A stretch of DNA of 64,000 nt from Camelus dromedarius (Eukaryota), in the NCBI RefSeq assembly GCF_036321535.1, contig NC_087437.1, positions 112,532,001 through 112,596,000 on the forward strand. Direction: 5' to 3'. The position numbers and the translations under genes are program-made. Positions 26,096-39,725 of the stretch are shown in pieces (position 1 is the first letter of the stretch; every line of letters begins with the position of its first letter). The notes under the pieces are model-generated. The model saw only the letters and a list, made by a program, of their open reading frames with translations. It searched no databases and was not told the DNA's origin.

Positions 26096-27188
26096 CTTAC
26101 GAAAGAATTGTTTAAAGAGGAGAGAGAGAGAGAAAATATATTTTATATTCATCTGACAAAAAAATTAATTCTTCAAACTGGTTCTCTTTTTAATGTAAGA
26201 ACAAGGAAGCATTTTTCTTAGAAAAAGGTAACACAATGTTTTCAGACACATTAAAATATACTTTTTGCACTGAAACTAGTAATAAAGTTTACTCTAGATT
26301 TAATTATAAGTGAAATAACTAAAGATAAAAAGTTATTTTAATTTGAAAATCAGGCAAGGTAACATACACATAACTAAGTCTGATAGTTTTAATCATACAA
26401 TTGATAGGTTAATACTTTAGGAAACATTGACTTCTGAGTAAGGAACTCATAGATTGAAGATAGTCATACTTTGACATAATTATTGAAATGTCTATTTGAA
26501 AAGTTAATGAAGTACATGAAGCCTACATTCACTTTTGCTGAAAGATTTTTCTGAGTTAATTTTAAATCTTGAAAATACTGGCTAAAAAGAAACACAAATG
26601 ATGGCCATAGAAGTATTCATTATGATTCTTATGATAGAAGACAATAGTCTAACAAAGTATAAATGGAATCCCTTTGCAGGCTTGAGAAACCTGTTTTTTA
26701 GGTGCGATGGGCCTACCTACATGTGTACAGATTAGGTGTTAAATAGATATTGGTTGAACTACAAAAGTTCAAGGGAAGGTGAAAATGCAAGAAAATTCTG
26801 TGCTTTTCCAAATAGGGACTGCAGAAGTCAACCACCCGGTAGAGGGCAGCGGTACACAACAGAACTGACTGAATAAGCATCTGGCTGAGACCTGAACTAA
26901 TCTGGGAACCACCGACGAGGTCCTGTTTGTAGATTTCTTGTAGCGATACTTAAACTCCAATGCCTATGCTTTAAAAGGAAAGCATATTCTCCCTTTCAGT
27001 GTTAACAAGGAGAATAAAATGAAGACGTCCAATTTAAATAGAAAAGTTGAAAAGAAAAAAGAAAACAACTGATAAATATCAATTTAGTAAATGCGTAAAT
27101 AATTATTCTCCGGTTGTATCTTTTTTCCAGAAATTCACCTATCGCATTAAAAAAATTACACAGACCACTGATTTAGTAAAGTACCCAC

Positions 27189-27287
27189 CTCCAGCATCTA
27201 GGACAATATCTACACCGAGGCCACCTGTTTCTTCTAAACAGCTCTCAGCAACATGGGCTTTCCCGTTAGATAAATCGATCACTCGGG
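27189..27287 (-). CDS. CRYZL1: CRYZL1 exon 9, (A)[32 protein letters not shown]
   Basis: ttacag acceptor, G|gtgggt donor, 99 nt; MDR-family GVDIVLD motif. Confidence 0.95.
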
Positions 27288-29112
27288 CTGTAAAGGACAG
27301 GAAGTCAGGCAATTGTACTGTTCTCTATGTGATCAACACAAGTCAAAGAGAGAAAGAAAAGTAAATAAATATGTTCTCTGAAGTGAATTAAATGGTTGAA
27401 ACAATTAGTGAGTCCTAATTATACTTTTTTCTCATCTAACCCATTATTGGTAAGGATCAATTTAAATAAAGGGGCTGGTATAGTCAATAAAATAAAAATA
27501 TGGGCATTTTGTAGATAGTGTGTTCCAAGATACAAAGAACTGTTCTCTACAGCTAAAGGATATCTAGCCAGAACTGAGGATCTCTAAACCACAGAGGTAC
27601 TATTTTAAGAACTGGAGTTGAAAGGTTAAGCAATTTAGTATTTAATAGAGTTGAAAGCTAAAAAGTACAAAAACACATTTATGTGATATGGTACTTCTCT
27701 ACCAGAGGCCGTTTTATCCTTTCTCAGTCATAGAAATCCCAACCCATATACTCACTCCCCACCACTTGCCCCCCTAAAACAAAACAAAACAAAATCCTGA
27801 AAGTAAAACAAACAAAAACTCCCAGGATTATTTTAAGCAGATTTAGTGAAAATTAAACTATTTTAACTGACTGCTTTAAAGTATTACATTAACAGAATAA
27901 GCCAATGAGAGAATTCAAAAATTTCAGAATTTGAATTAGCAAACAAAGACACATGTCTTTATTTCATTTTTGTATCTTTTAGCGCTTTTTCATTAAAGAG
28001 ACTTCCTCTCAGAGCTGCTCAGATTTGAGGTGTAGCTGAGTAGGGATCAGAGACTCAGGGGCGGAGGCGGGGGTAGGGAGGACACAAGAGAAAGGGGACT
28101 GTAGCAGCTATGAAGGGCAATGCTTTTTTTTTTTCCTCCTCTCCATTCCATTTCAATCTCTTTTTCCTTTTTTTCTTATTTTCCTCCTTTCTCCAGCCCC
28201 TGCTTTAACCTCCTTTCCATTTCTTGGTAATCTCTGCCAGAAGCATAATGTAACCATGGAAATAACACAGGCTTTACAGTTAGACAGGCCTGCATTCACA
28301 TCCCATTCCAGGCCTCCTTCTAGTTGTATATTCTTGGACAAGCTAATTAAATTCTCTGAGATGCTGCCTCCTAATGAGTTGACACAGGCTTGTGAGGGAT
28401 TTAGGGAGATACCACCCATATTAACACTCAATGACCCTTTCTTTCTTTCTTCCCTGCCTTCACTTACACTGCTCATCTTCTTTTCTCTTCATCTGGTAAA
28501 CTCCAATGTTAATTCTGTTAACTGCACTCTATTAAATTCCATTCCTGTCTGTCTCCTCTTCTTTTTCATTTTTTCAGTCTCTGTTTTCTATCTCCCTTCC
28601 ATATTCATTGCTGTTCAGATAAGCTCAATTTTTTCAAGACCTCCCCAGCCTCCAATACATCCTGTTTATCATAAACTGTATCTGCCCTGAGTTTCTGTGT
28701 AAGTGGCTCATCTCCTTTCCTAGCGTACCACAGGAAGCAGACAACTTCAGAGGTGTATCACTGGGTAAAAGAGGGTGAGAAACATACAAAGAGAAAGTGA
28801 TGCAAAAATATTTTGATTTACTGACTAAAACCAAAGAAGCACCAGGTGTTTCTAAACTGTGTCAAAGTTCACCTAATTCATTTTGGTTAAGTTCATAATA
28901 CTGGGGAAAAGAAGAAAAAACACAGAAAAATAGAGGTTTAAAAAACAAAACTATTGCTTAAGCAAATCTGGACTTGGCACAGATAATACCTGCATTTAAA
29001 AAATAACTTGCATTTGGCATTTTGCAGTTTGTTTTTTAACAAGTGTGGTTTTTAAGGTGATACCCCTTCAAAATTTCACATTTTGAAGTCTGTTTTGAGT
29101 ACTATTACCCAC

Positions 29113-29224
29113 CTATGGAAGGCCTAAATCTTTCAAGACACTGCTTATCTTCAAGGCTGCATGCTGTTGAAATCACTTTGGCTCCTCTATGGTGTGCTAA
29201 CTGAATAGCTATTGTACCAAATGC
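29113..29224 (-). CDS. CRYZL1: CRYZL1 exon 8, [37 protein letters not shown]
   Basis: cacag acceptor, G|gtgggt donor, 112 nt. Confidence 0.95.
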
Positions 29225-30344
29225 CTGTGAGGAAACAAATACACGATGCATTTATAGGGCAGAGGCTGTATCTAATTTGTTTTATAGGTTATTTAACGAA
29301 ATATAGTAGTCTAGTGCTATTTCAGTATATTTTTAAATGGTGTCTAATAGAAAAAGAAAAAAATATAGACCGGTTTGGTAGGGGAAACATTTGATTGACT
29401 TTCTTCCTTAGGAGCAGTGGTGAAAAAGCTGTGATACATGCTCTCAGCCAGTCTGACCACAGCACATAATTTCAAGAACGAGGGCCAAGTTCAGAACACG
29501 GCCTTGGAAAGAGAAAGATGGGCCTTTAAGAGCCTGTCAGCATAATGATCGAAGCTAATTACATAATATATATGCAAGTCCAGCAACCACTCTTTGAAGA
29601 CCAAAGCACTTCAAAAGTTTCATCCTTTTGCTGACCTTTTGGCTAAGTTCAGGGAAACACTACTATCCTAATGTTGGACATAAGGCTGAAGCCAATGCTC
29701 AAGACAGTTCTGCCTTTTTTTCAAAGAAAAGTAGGGGAAAAAGTATTTTTTTTCCTTTGTGGATGTTTATTTTTCTTTTTGCTACAAAGTAGGAAAAAGC
29801 ATTTTTATCAATAGCCAGATTAGAAAATAAAACTATAAATTCACCCCAAGTTTTGTAACATTTTTTGATTATAATATTATACTTTCATGTATTTTCTTTT
29901 AAGGTATATTTTGATGATACCTGTAATATGTTTAAATTAGCACAGTTTTGATCTTGTGTGATTGTCTATAAATGTAACACTTTATTCACATAAGAGTAAG
30001 TATGAGGGACATGATACAAAATTGGCAGGGAGTTCTGTGGTACGGCTTCAAAGACTATGAGCTAGTTCAGGCTTTATGTAAAAGGCATGAATAAAAATGG
30101 CTTCTCTGCTTTTTTGTTTTTAATGTTCTAGCAGATTTAAATTAATAAGAAACTAAACACACTAATGCCGACTTTCATCTTCTATTGATATAAGCTGAGT
30201 ATTTTAGAAAATGGGAGTTTGGTAAAGGTATCAGTGAATAAGCTAACTGGCAATGAATTATACTAGCAAATGGATGGCCCATTTCTGAATTCCCTAAGTT
30301 TACTGTATGTTGGTCTGTTTCTTGACAAAACTATTAGCACCTAC

Positions 30345-30478
30345 ACTTGCTCCGTCCATTATCAGCACCGATTTTCCAGTAGAGAGATGAGAAAGATAAT
30401 GCAGAGCTGTATAGGCTCGTACTCCATCCCGAACGGTTCCAGCGGCTTCTGTCCATGTAACTTTTTCTGGTTTGTGAA
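30345..30478 (-). CDS. CRYZL1: CRYZL1 exon 7, (V)[44 protein letters not shown]
   Basis: aatag acceptor, AGT|gtaggt donor, 134 nt. Confidence 0.95.
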
Positions 30479-30689
30479 CTATTACAAAGAACAAGAGGAA
30501 ACAATCCTTTAGCAGGTCCCATTAGCCCTGCCTCCTGGATCTATTTCCCTCCATCTCCGCCCCCACCATGGCCCTGGTCCAAACCTCTGCTCTCATTATC
30601 TTTCACCTACATTTCAGTTTCTCTGCTTCCATTCTTGCCCACGCATAATCCACTCTCAACATAGAAGCCAGTGTGTAGATGCATTTTTA

Positions 30690-31690
30690 AAACGTTTTAC
30701 TGTTAAGAGTAAAACATGGAGAAAAGTCCATGAAACAAAGTAGGGTAGATGAATAAAGGTAAAGCAAATACACAAGTAACCACTATCCTGGTTAAGAGAG
30801 AGAACACAGCCCTCACCCCACAGCCTTGCCTCTCCCACCAGGTTTTTTTTTAACTGAGAGATAACTGATGTCAAAGCTCACTACCATTCTAACTCAATTT
30901 CTTACTTGCCTTCATATTTAATAACTCAAGTATCCATTCCTAAACAATATAATTTTATTTTGCTGGTTTCTAAAACTGATCTAAATGGAACTGTACCATA
31001 CACATTCTTTTCTATCTTTTTTTTTTTTTTGCTCTGCATTGTTTTTTAAGACACATCCTTTTTATACATGTGGCTATAGTGCTTTCATTTTTGTTGTTTT
31101 ATGGCAACATCTAATTTAATACAATGGATGGTTAGCCACTCTCCAGTGAGAAACATTTGTGTTTTCCCCCCATTCTTGGCAGTTAAGCATTCTTAGCTAA
31201 GAATGCTCTTGTATAAAAGTTACTGTTCCACTGGTACACAGGTTTTCTCTAGGATATTTACTGAGGAATAGAAATCCAGCCTCAGGATATATTCTTTGAC
31301 TTTACTGCAGATTTCCAAAGTGGCTAAATGAATTTATTCTCCCACAGCTGTTGCTGTGAACATCTTTGTCAACCCTGGTTTTACTACACATTATTTTCCC
31401 ATTATACGGGTGTGTAAGGGTTTCTTACTGTGATTTTAATTTATTTCCCCCTGATTATTAATTAAGTTGAGTACCTTTCCGTGTTTATTGGCCACCTAGA
31501 ATTCCTTTTGGGAAGTGCCTGTTCAAGTGTTTCATCAATTTTTCTATTGTTATTGTCTTTTTCTTGTTGATTTATAGGAATTCTTAATATATTTTAGATG
31601 AGTCATTTGCTTGTTTATGTGTTATAAATGTTATTTTCAACTTTATGGCTTTTCAGTCTCTTTAGAGGTGTCTTTGAAAAAACAGAAGTG
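30690..31690 (-). mobile_element. Old L1M (L1ME/MC-like) remnant
   Basis: Degenerate antisense L1 3' motifs (gaagtgcctgttcaagt, ctgattattaattaagttgag). Confidence 0.55.
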
Positions 31691-33267
31691 TCAGAATGAC
31701 CTTTAAAAACATAAATAACATCCTAATACTTCTCTGCTTAAAATTCATCAATGGCTTTCCAGGGCACTTGGAACAAAATGCAAACTCCTAATATAGTTTA
31801 AACTATATTAACTCTATATTATCTGACCATTAAGCTGCTCCTTAATGTTTATTTTTTGTTTTGCTTTTATGTTGTACACTGAATGTGCTGTTTTTCACAG
31901 TACAAGCAGTCTTTCTGCATTTTACCTACAATAAAAGTTTACAACAGTTTTCATAGTCTTTACCAGAAGTGTTTTTCCTCTAATGGCAATAGATTCAAAT
32001 GGGTTAGCACAGTCAGCACTGCATTTACCAATTAACTAGTGCCATCTAGTGGGCAAACTGAGCATCCAAGCACATGATGAAAATGTCCAGACAGACAAGC
32101 AAGGCATTAAAACAGTAAAACATACGAAGCACCAGGTGATACCACACACAGTACTTTATTCCTTACCAAACTCTTTATGAAGGCTATTTCCCCAATTCTA
32201 CTGACTATGAAATGGAATTCGGGGTAGTTAATTTGTCTGAGGCCACAGAGCCAACAAGTTTGAAAGTCTGACTCTAAAGCTCATCTACTGTAACAGCGCC
32301 TACTCAACCTATGTACAATTTATTTATATGGATTTTTTTGGGAACACCTTCCATCATAAGAATTGGGACTACCTATATTTTCATTAAGAAATCAAAAATA
32401 CAGTGCTTAAAAAAATGCTAAGAGAAATAAAACTACATTTAGGATTCCAGAGGCTTTAAAATTGCAGGGTTAGATGTGGCTTAACTCTGAGGTCTTGCTT
32501 TTTTGTTAGGTCGTCTACAAGTGTTTATTATGTTATGAAAACTAAGAAAATAATTAAAAGAGAGCCATGCATGTATCAATAATAATAGCATGTCAGAGCT
32601 CAAGAATTACAATTTTAATTCTTTGTACCTCAGGTCCAAAGGAATAATGGTGAAAGGGTGTGCCAAATTTTGAATCAAAAATAGAGTTATTTTTACGTTT
32701 GACAGATGGCTTGAGAACTGAAAGCACAAAAGAGCTGAAAGAATTACTGAACTTCTTCACGCTATCCTCAATATTCTGCAACAAGATTAATCTTTGGGAG
32801 TCGTCTGGAGCCTAGTTCTTTGGTTTGGTGAAAGAACGCTCACTTGAAGGTGACTAAGTTGTGAGCTTTTATTTAAAAGTATCATCAAGGAATATTTAAT
32901 AGGAACTAAAATAGAGCTGTGGTAAACTGAATTATTTCCCCCTGCAAATCTTCAGGGAACATACTGAAATTATTTCCTCTTTTACAGAATGTTGTAGTTA
33001 CAGCAGAGATCAGAGGTTATCTAGTTTGGCATCCTTGTTTATAGACAAATTACATGTCTCTGGGTCTTGCCTAAAGGTCACACACAGTTAGTGGTCATTT
33101 TAAAGTACTTCTTTTAAAGAAATATTTTGTTATGTTTTATTCTCAAGAAATATCTAGAATTTTGTTCTCTGTATATGCTGGTGGATTTTTGGACTATAAT
33201 CCACCTGATTTGTAGGAAAATAAAAGGTCATTTGTGTGATTCCCTTGTCTTAGTTTAAACTTTATAG

Positions 33268-33681
33268 TGTGAAGGAAAAGCCAGGCTGTGCTAACAAGAT
33301 AACTCACAAATCTCAGTATCGGAATACTGATCTGAGTTCTGCTGGACTAACTTGTAAATCTAAGTTAATTAGTGTTGGTTTGCTGTTCATGTTTTTTTGC
33401 TAGCCAGCTGGGTTTTCAAAGATACATATCTGGCTTTGGAATGTTGGTTTGCTGCCTCCCCGCCTCCACCTTTGTGATGATAATGCTGCTAAAGCTGTTC
33501 CATGCCTATTGGCCAAATACCCCAAGCTTGTACTTTATCCTATAAAACCTCATGCGCACGTCTTGGAGGTGCTCAGAGCTTTGGAGCAGAAGCCCCTCTG
33601 AGCCCACTGGCGTAATACATCTGAGTACTCCAACCCTCCGAGTGGTGCTTGTTTCTTGGCTGGCCTGTCATTTCCGTAACA
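33268..33681 (+). mobile_element. Solo ERV LTR (ERV1-like)
   Basis: TG...CA ends, 4-bp TSD atag at 33264-33267 and 33682-33685, TATAAAA 33541-33547, AATACA variant polyA signal ~33614. Confidence 0.75.
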
Positions 33682-34539
33682 ATAGCTAGAAAATTCTGGT
33701 GTTTCAATTTACTTTTCTCCTTCTAGACCATCTTACAATTCTCCAGTATTCAGCAATGCCTAAATACATGGACCTTAATTATTTGTTTATTTTTTTAGTA
33801 GTTAACCTTCTGTAACAATTTAGTTTACTTTGTCAAAACTCAACCTAGGAATCCAAACCAAAAGTTTTGTTTGACTCCGTATTTACAAGGTTTCAAAAGA
33901 ACAGGGGCAATAATGGCCCGAGGAAATTCTAGAATTAAAAATAGTATAGTTTCTCATAAAGGAGATGGTGACGGTCCTCAGTTTTCAAACTGCATTATAT
34001 CAAAATAGTCATGGATCAGAGATCTTCACTGCATGGTATCTGAAAGTGAGCTTTATCTTTCAAAGGAAGACATACTTGGCTCCTTATCTATGTAGCTTAA
34101 TATAAAGATTAGCAAAGGCCTCAGGTTTCTGGAAAACTGCCTTTTAAAATTAACTTTTAATGAAACAATATAGTATTGCTTGGAAATTTTAGACATAGTA
34201 AATGTCATTAATTTAAATATAAATTACTTACAATTTATAATTTCAGAAATGCCAAAGATTTCACTCAAGTTCGAGTTACTGTATGAACTCAAATGTATAC
34301 ATTTACTATTTTCAATAGTCCAAAATCCAAACTGGCCCCATATGGTTTGATTAACAATTATATCATTCAGGAAGAAACTTAGGAAAAATCTTAATGAAAC
34401 AGTTCAAGAACACAAAAGAATATGTTGGTCTGTAGATCAGATACAAACAATAACATGAATCCCACCATAAGGAACAGCCGACTGGCAGTGCCACCAGAGC
34501 CCCGAGTTCTGTGGATCTACTCTGGTCACATTCTCTTTC

Positions 34540-35180
34540 CTCCCCCACAAAGGTAACCTCCACATGACTTTTCATCTCTATCCTTAAATAAGATATGCTT
34601 AATTAAATTGCGTATGTTTCTGAACTTTACAGAAGTAAATGGTATCACACTGTTTGCATTCTTCTGCAACTTGTTTATTTCACTCAGCAGTTTGTGAGGT
34701 TCATCCGTCTTGGTATGTTTGGCTGTTATTTATTCATTTTCATGGATGAGTTGAATTAGAAATATCTTTAGCTATGCATCTTCCCGGTGATGAACATGTG
34801 GGCTGTTCCCATTTTTATTCCACAGTTGCAAACCATGCTACTATGAACTCTTGAGCACGTCTACTAGTGCACTTCAAGCTTTTCTGGGGCACAGGAGTAA
34901 AAGTGGAATTACTAGGTCTGAGGTGTTAATACATCACTCCCTTTATTAGATCATGCTAAATTATTGTCTAATGCCTTTGTACCAATTTACACTCCAAGTG
35001 CATAAAAGATTCTTTTGCTCCACATCCTTGTCAAACTTTGTAACTCTGTCAGTCTCACGGATGCTTAATGGTATCTCTAAGTGGTTTTAATTTGCTTTTC
35101 CCTGATTACTAAGGAAATGTAGCATCTTTTTACTATGGTTTCATGAAGTGTGTGTGTGTATCTATTTACCCATTTTAATT
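34540..35180 (-). mobile_element. Old L1M remnant
   Basis: Degenerate L1 antisense motifs (tgtaccaatttacactcc, gtggttttaatttgc). Confidence 0.55.
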
Positions 35181-35437
35181 TACATACTCAAGAAGTAAAT
35201 TGTTGTAAGAAAAAATTTTAATTAACATTTAAGTTAATAGAACACTGGTCAAAAGATACTAGCAACAGAAACCAAGAATAACTGTTCTTGAGTCTTTCCT
35301 GACTCGACTTTATATGTACTGTCTAGATTTTATACATTTAAAAATTTCAGTTAATAACCAAGAATAAGAATTTAAAAAAATCTGATTAGGGATATAGTTT
35401 CAGAGCCAAGGGAAATTTGCTTTTCAAACCTCTTACT

Positions 35438-35555
35438 GCAGGAAGGGTATAGTTCAAGTGGTAGAGCGCATGCTCAGCGCCCAAGAGGTCAGAGGTTCAA
35501 TCCCCAGTAGCTCCTCCAAGCGGAAATCAATAAAGAAACCTAATTACCTCTCCCT
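35438..35555 (+). mobile_element. tRNA-derived SINE (Vic-1-like)
   Basis: A/B boxes and aacctaattacctc tail. Confidence 0.8.
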
Positions 35556-35787
35556 CATAGAACAAACCTCTTATATAAGCAATGTAAGGGAAACTTAAAG
35601 GGCTATACACTGTTTAGTCTGAAAATGAATTTTACAGATACAAAATATAAGCTAGAAGTATTATTTACTTATAGTTATTTATTAGGTACACTCACGGCAG
35701 ATGCAAAGAAATCACAGTTACTAAAAACCACATGTATCTGTTAGGTAAGACTTCCATGAACTCCCAAAAGACTGAACCCTCACGTAC

Positions 35788-35856
35788 CTAAGTAATGCTC
35801 ATGTACGCGAACAACTTCACAAAGTCCGGGGTCTTCAGAATCCAGGGGTAAAATTC
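35788..35856 (-). CDS. CRYZL1: CRYZL1 exon 6, (G)ILPLDSEDPGLCEVVRVHEHYL
   Basis: ttcag acceptor, G|gtacgt donor, 69 nt. Confidence 0.94.
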   Translation of the reverse strand, partial: EFYPWILKTPDFVKLFAYMSIT

Positions 35857-37070
35857 CTGAAAATTAAAATGAGAAACTTAAGGGAAACAATCCAGAAAAT
35901 GAATTCCTTCCTAATGAGGTGCCAGTAAGCATTAGTCTAAATTCTCCTCAATGGAATTTTGAAGAAGGTTCCAGCAATTACTAGTGTGGATAAGGGAGAG
36001 ATTTCAGAAATAAGGAAGGGAAGTGGACAGTCTACTTTCTGACATGAACACCATAATATCTATACTACCTCTGTCTCTTTCCTTCTCTTCTTTCACCTCT
36101 GAGTAATGGTAAAGACGATGGCTGATGTACAGAGTCACGTCAGAGTCTTGGGGGCACCTGGGTTCCTCATTAAACCTGCCTTTGATGCACACTTATCTTT
36201 CCAGGATATAATCTCAGTATGCTTCCAATAAAATCCCATTTTCCCCTGTGCTAGTCTGATTTTACCTTTGGTCTCTTACAAAAATAATCTCAAATAGTAC
36301 AATGTCACTGACTTCTTGGGCAGATAAAAAAACGTAAGATGGACAATAAATTTTAAAGAAAATACCTGAGTCAAAGGCAGTTCTGTAAAAGCTGATGAAA
36401 ACTTTCCTACAAATTTATTCTTAACAGCTTCAGGCATGCTGTAAAGCTATATATTTTCTAAGTTTACAAGGTTTACCATGAACATTTTCTACAGAGAAAT
36501 GGTGATTTTAAAGACTACTACTAAAGTCATACTTTATATTTGTGTGAATGTCTAGGATACAAGCATAAATATATGTATTTGAAAAATGGTATTAACTATG
36601 GATATGAAAAAAAAAGCAATATATTAAATGTTTTCAGTGAAGTTCTAGTTTTACAAGGGTAGTGAGGGAGAAGCTCTGTATGATTCAAGTCGGGTGTGGA
36701 GAGTGAAGCTTCTACATGGCCAAGTCAGTGGGTAGTCTTCAAGCAGATGACCTGTGACTTGGCTTTTCTCTGGAGTCTTCGGTCTAGCTATAGCCTGGGG
36801 TCCTGTTTGAGAGGGGCTGCACCACGGAGAGTAACAATGGCGGTCATCTTTCTGCCATATCTATAGCCAAATACTGAAAAGTTTTAAATATTCTGCTATT
36901 GAGGTCAAATTCCCAATTCTCTTCATCAATGGATATTTAAGAAAATCCCAAACTCAGAAAAGTATTTGTGTATAAAGCAAAGTCACAATAAGCATCAACA
37001 ATTGTATAGAAAAAAGAAGAGACAATAGTAAAATAGAGGAATGGAAACGGGACTATGACCTATAACTTAC

Positions 37071-37115
37071 CAACTACTTCATCATCTGGTTGAAAGAATG
37101 ATACTTTGCTTCCAA
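37071..37115 (-). CDS. CRYZL1: CRYZL1 exon 5, (V)GSKVSFFQPDDEVV
   Basis: ctttag acceptor, G|gtaagt donor, 45 nt. Confidence 0.93.
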
Positions 37116-38465
37116 CTAAAGAGGGGAGAAAATGTATAATTAGTACTATGAGGTTATTCAATATAATCTATTAAACTTTAAAAGCCATGGGTTGATAAAA
37201 AGTCGCTAACTCAGAAAAGGTCATGAACTTCTAGGACATTTTTTTGTTCAATATTTTTTATTCTGCTACATCTGAAGGAGAATTTTCTTGACAAAATGTT
37301 TTTCTGCTGCCAAGAATCCTGCCTACAACTCCTGCCCAGAACTTAACTTTGTTCCAGCAACACCAAACTCCATAATTCTTCTATATGTCACATTATTCAT
37401 GGCATCTTCTCTGCTGAGTATGATTCTCCCCCTGCTCACCCCTTACTGTCTAACTTACTCCAAGAAGCCTCTCCTGTTTCTTCTGGCTGGTTGGGCACCT
37501 CTCCTTGGAGCTTTCAGAATAATCTGCTCATACATGTGTATTTGTGTTTCCTTCAGGTTGTGAGCTCTTGGAGGGCAGGGACTTTGTCTCATTTATCTTC
37601 ATATCCCAAGCACTGAGCAAGTGCTTATTAAATGAATAAATGAATAGTATGATAAATGAATAAATTAATGAGTGAATGATTGATTGATCATCTTCTGGCT
37701 ATTATAATTCTTATTTTTATTCTCCTATGAGTTCAGCAGAAGAAAGGAGAGGGAATGAAATTATGATTTAGCTATGTTAGAAGATTACACTGAGAAAGAA
37801 TAACAAGTATAGTACAGGTTAAAATTACAGGTAAAATTCAAATAGTTTAACCACATGATAATATATGCAGAAAGAGCAACTATAAGCTGATAGATCATGA
37901 ACTATACTAGCAGCGAATATGAACAGTATGTTTATTCAGAAACAAATTATTTCAAGTACTCAGGTTTATTCTTCTGCATGTTAAAACCAAAATTTACTGA
38001 AATTTTTCTTTAAGACAATCATAAAATCTTACTGGTTATTTCTCCCCAGAACCCATTTTCAGATGAGTGAACTCCTTACCTTTTACTCAATACTCAATTT
38101 TAGGTAAACTTTAAAAATGTAATGTAAATGTAGTTACTATTATAGAAAATTTGGCCCAAAGCCAACTTACACAAGTAATTTATGCTGGTCTGTAAACATC
38201 ATGAAAAGGACAATACTCGTCATTCTATTCAATGGATTTAAATATATAATCTTTAAATACTTACTAAACTGTAGTAAGTTCTTCGATTATAAAATACCAA
38301 TTAAGTTCTATTTTTCTTTTTAACTAAAAAGGGAAAACACTACTGTATAATTAACTTTTATATTTGAAGAAGCGTGTACAATTTTATGTCAGTAAACCAA
38401 TTAGCTACCAATTAATTTCTTTTATCTTAGAAAATAAATACAGATATTTGTATTTGTAAACTTAC

Positions 38466-38538
38466 CTTCTAACACAATTCCAGCAACTTCCCTCCCAACA
38501 GGAAAGAAATCCTTCTCCATCTTCATTTCTGCCATAAG
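38466..38538 (-). CDS. CRYZL1: CRYZL1 exon 4, [24 protein letters not shown]
   Basis: cttag acceptor, G|gtaag donor, 73 nt; GroES-like GxExAG motif. Confidence 0.94.
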
Positions 38539-39615
38539 CTAAGTAATGACAAAGGCTTGAATTTATTGTCAAGAATAAATCCTACCCTCTTTACATACAT
38601 GAGGAAAGCAAGAGCAAAAAATTAAACCACAGAAAAAACAAGTATGACCCATTTTTGGCATCAAGACAAAGCAAGTAACTTCACAAAATAGGTTCCTCTA
38701 TAGAGTAGGAAACTGAGTTTGCTGAGGAATTAGTTGATATGCAGGACTCAGGTATGAGTTTATCATTCAAATCATGATTAATATACTTCATCATCTTTAT
38801 TCTGCCAAACATGAAAGGAAATAATAGTCAAAACAATTCTCAGTTGGCTAAACACTTTGTAGCAGTCATCTCATTTGGGTGGGGTGAGGGGAGTTTGGAG
38901 AGGACATAAAGGTGCTCCATTTCCACTCCTTTTAAAATTTTGAGTGTTTCTCACCGGTCCTGGGTTAGGGAGCAGGTGGGAAGAAGTGATGGATATATAT
39001 AGGGAAACTGCCACATAATTTCAGATTGGAGTCTCTTCTTTTAAAGGATAAATTATTTTGAAGAGATTAGTATTTTGTTAGATTCTAACAAAATTAAGTA
39101 CTTGATTTTTAAAGTGACAGGGTGTACGTAGGTAAGTCTGTAGTTTAAGTTCCCTTTACATTTTTCTAAAAGTATAAAAGTTATTATAATTTTATAATAC
39201 TAAAGATTCTGAACATATTTGTAGGCATATTAATATTTTATGAACAGTAAGTAAAAAGAAATTGAAATAATTCTCTTGAATATTTCTTTTATTTTTCAAT
39301 TCTTTGATCTCTTACATGTACTTGATTGCCAGAAAAGTCTATTTCTCAGTGTGGAACTTTATACTTACCCTAAGATGCTCATATAACATTCTTACAGAAA
39401 TAATGGATGTTGTACAGAATTTCTTTTTTTTATGCACACTTTTACAGAGCTAAAATTATGGTTACAGCAATTGCACCATGCCTCCTTCACTTACCATTAT
39501 CATCAATAGTTGTGCAAGATTTCATCAAACTGATTTTATAATAATTTACCATTTTTCTTTTTTTAAAATATTTTATTTATTAATTATTATATTACTTAAT
39601 TTTTCTTTTTATTTT

Positions 39616-39725
39616 GGGGGGGAGGTAATTAGGTTTATTTATTTTTAGAGGAGGTACCGGGGATTGAACCCAGGACCTCATGCATGCAAAGTATGTGCTC
39701 TACCACTTGAGCTATGCCCCTCTCC
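39616..39725 (-). mobile_element. tRNA-derived SINE (Vic-1-like)
   Basis: Same consensus, minus strand. Confidence 0.85.

Noticed and set aside
28153..28834. ORFs of 107-144 aa in CRYZL1 intron 8
   Set aside because: Pyrimidine-rich, low-complexity sequence with a MIR-like piece; no splice or homology support.
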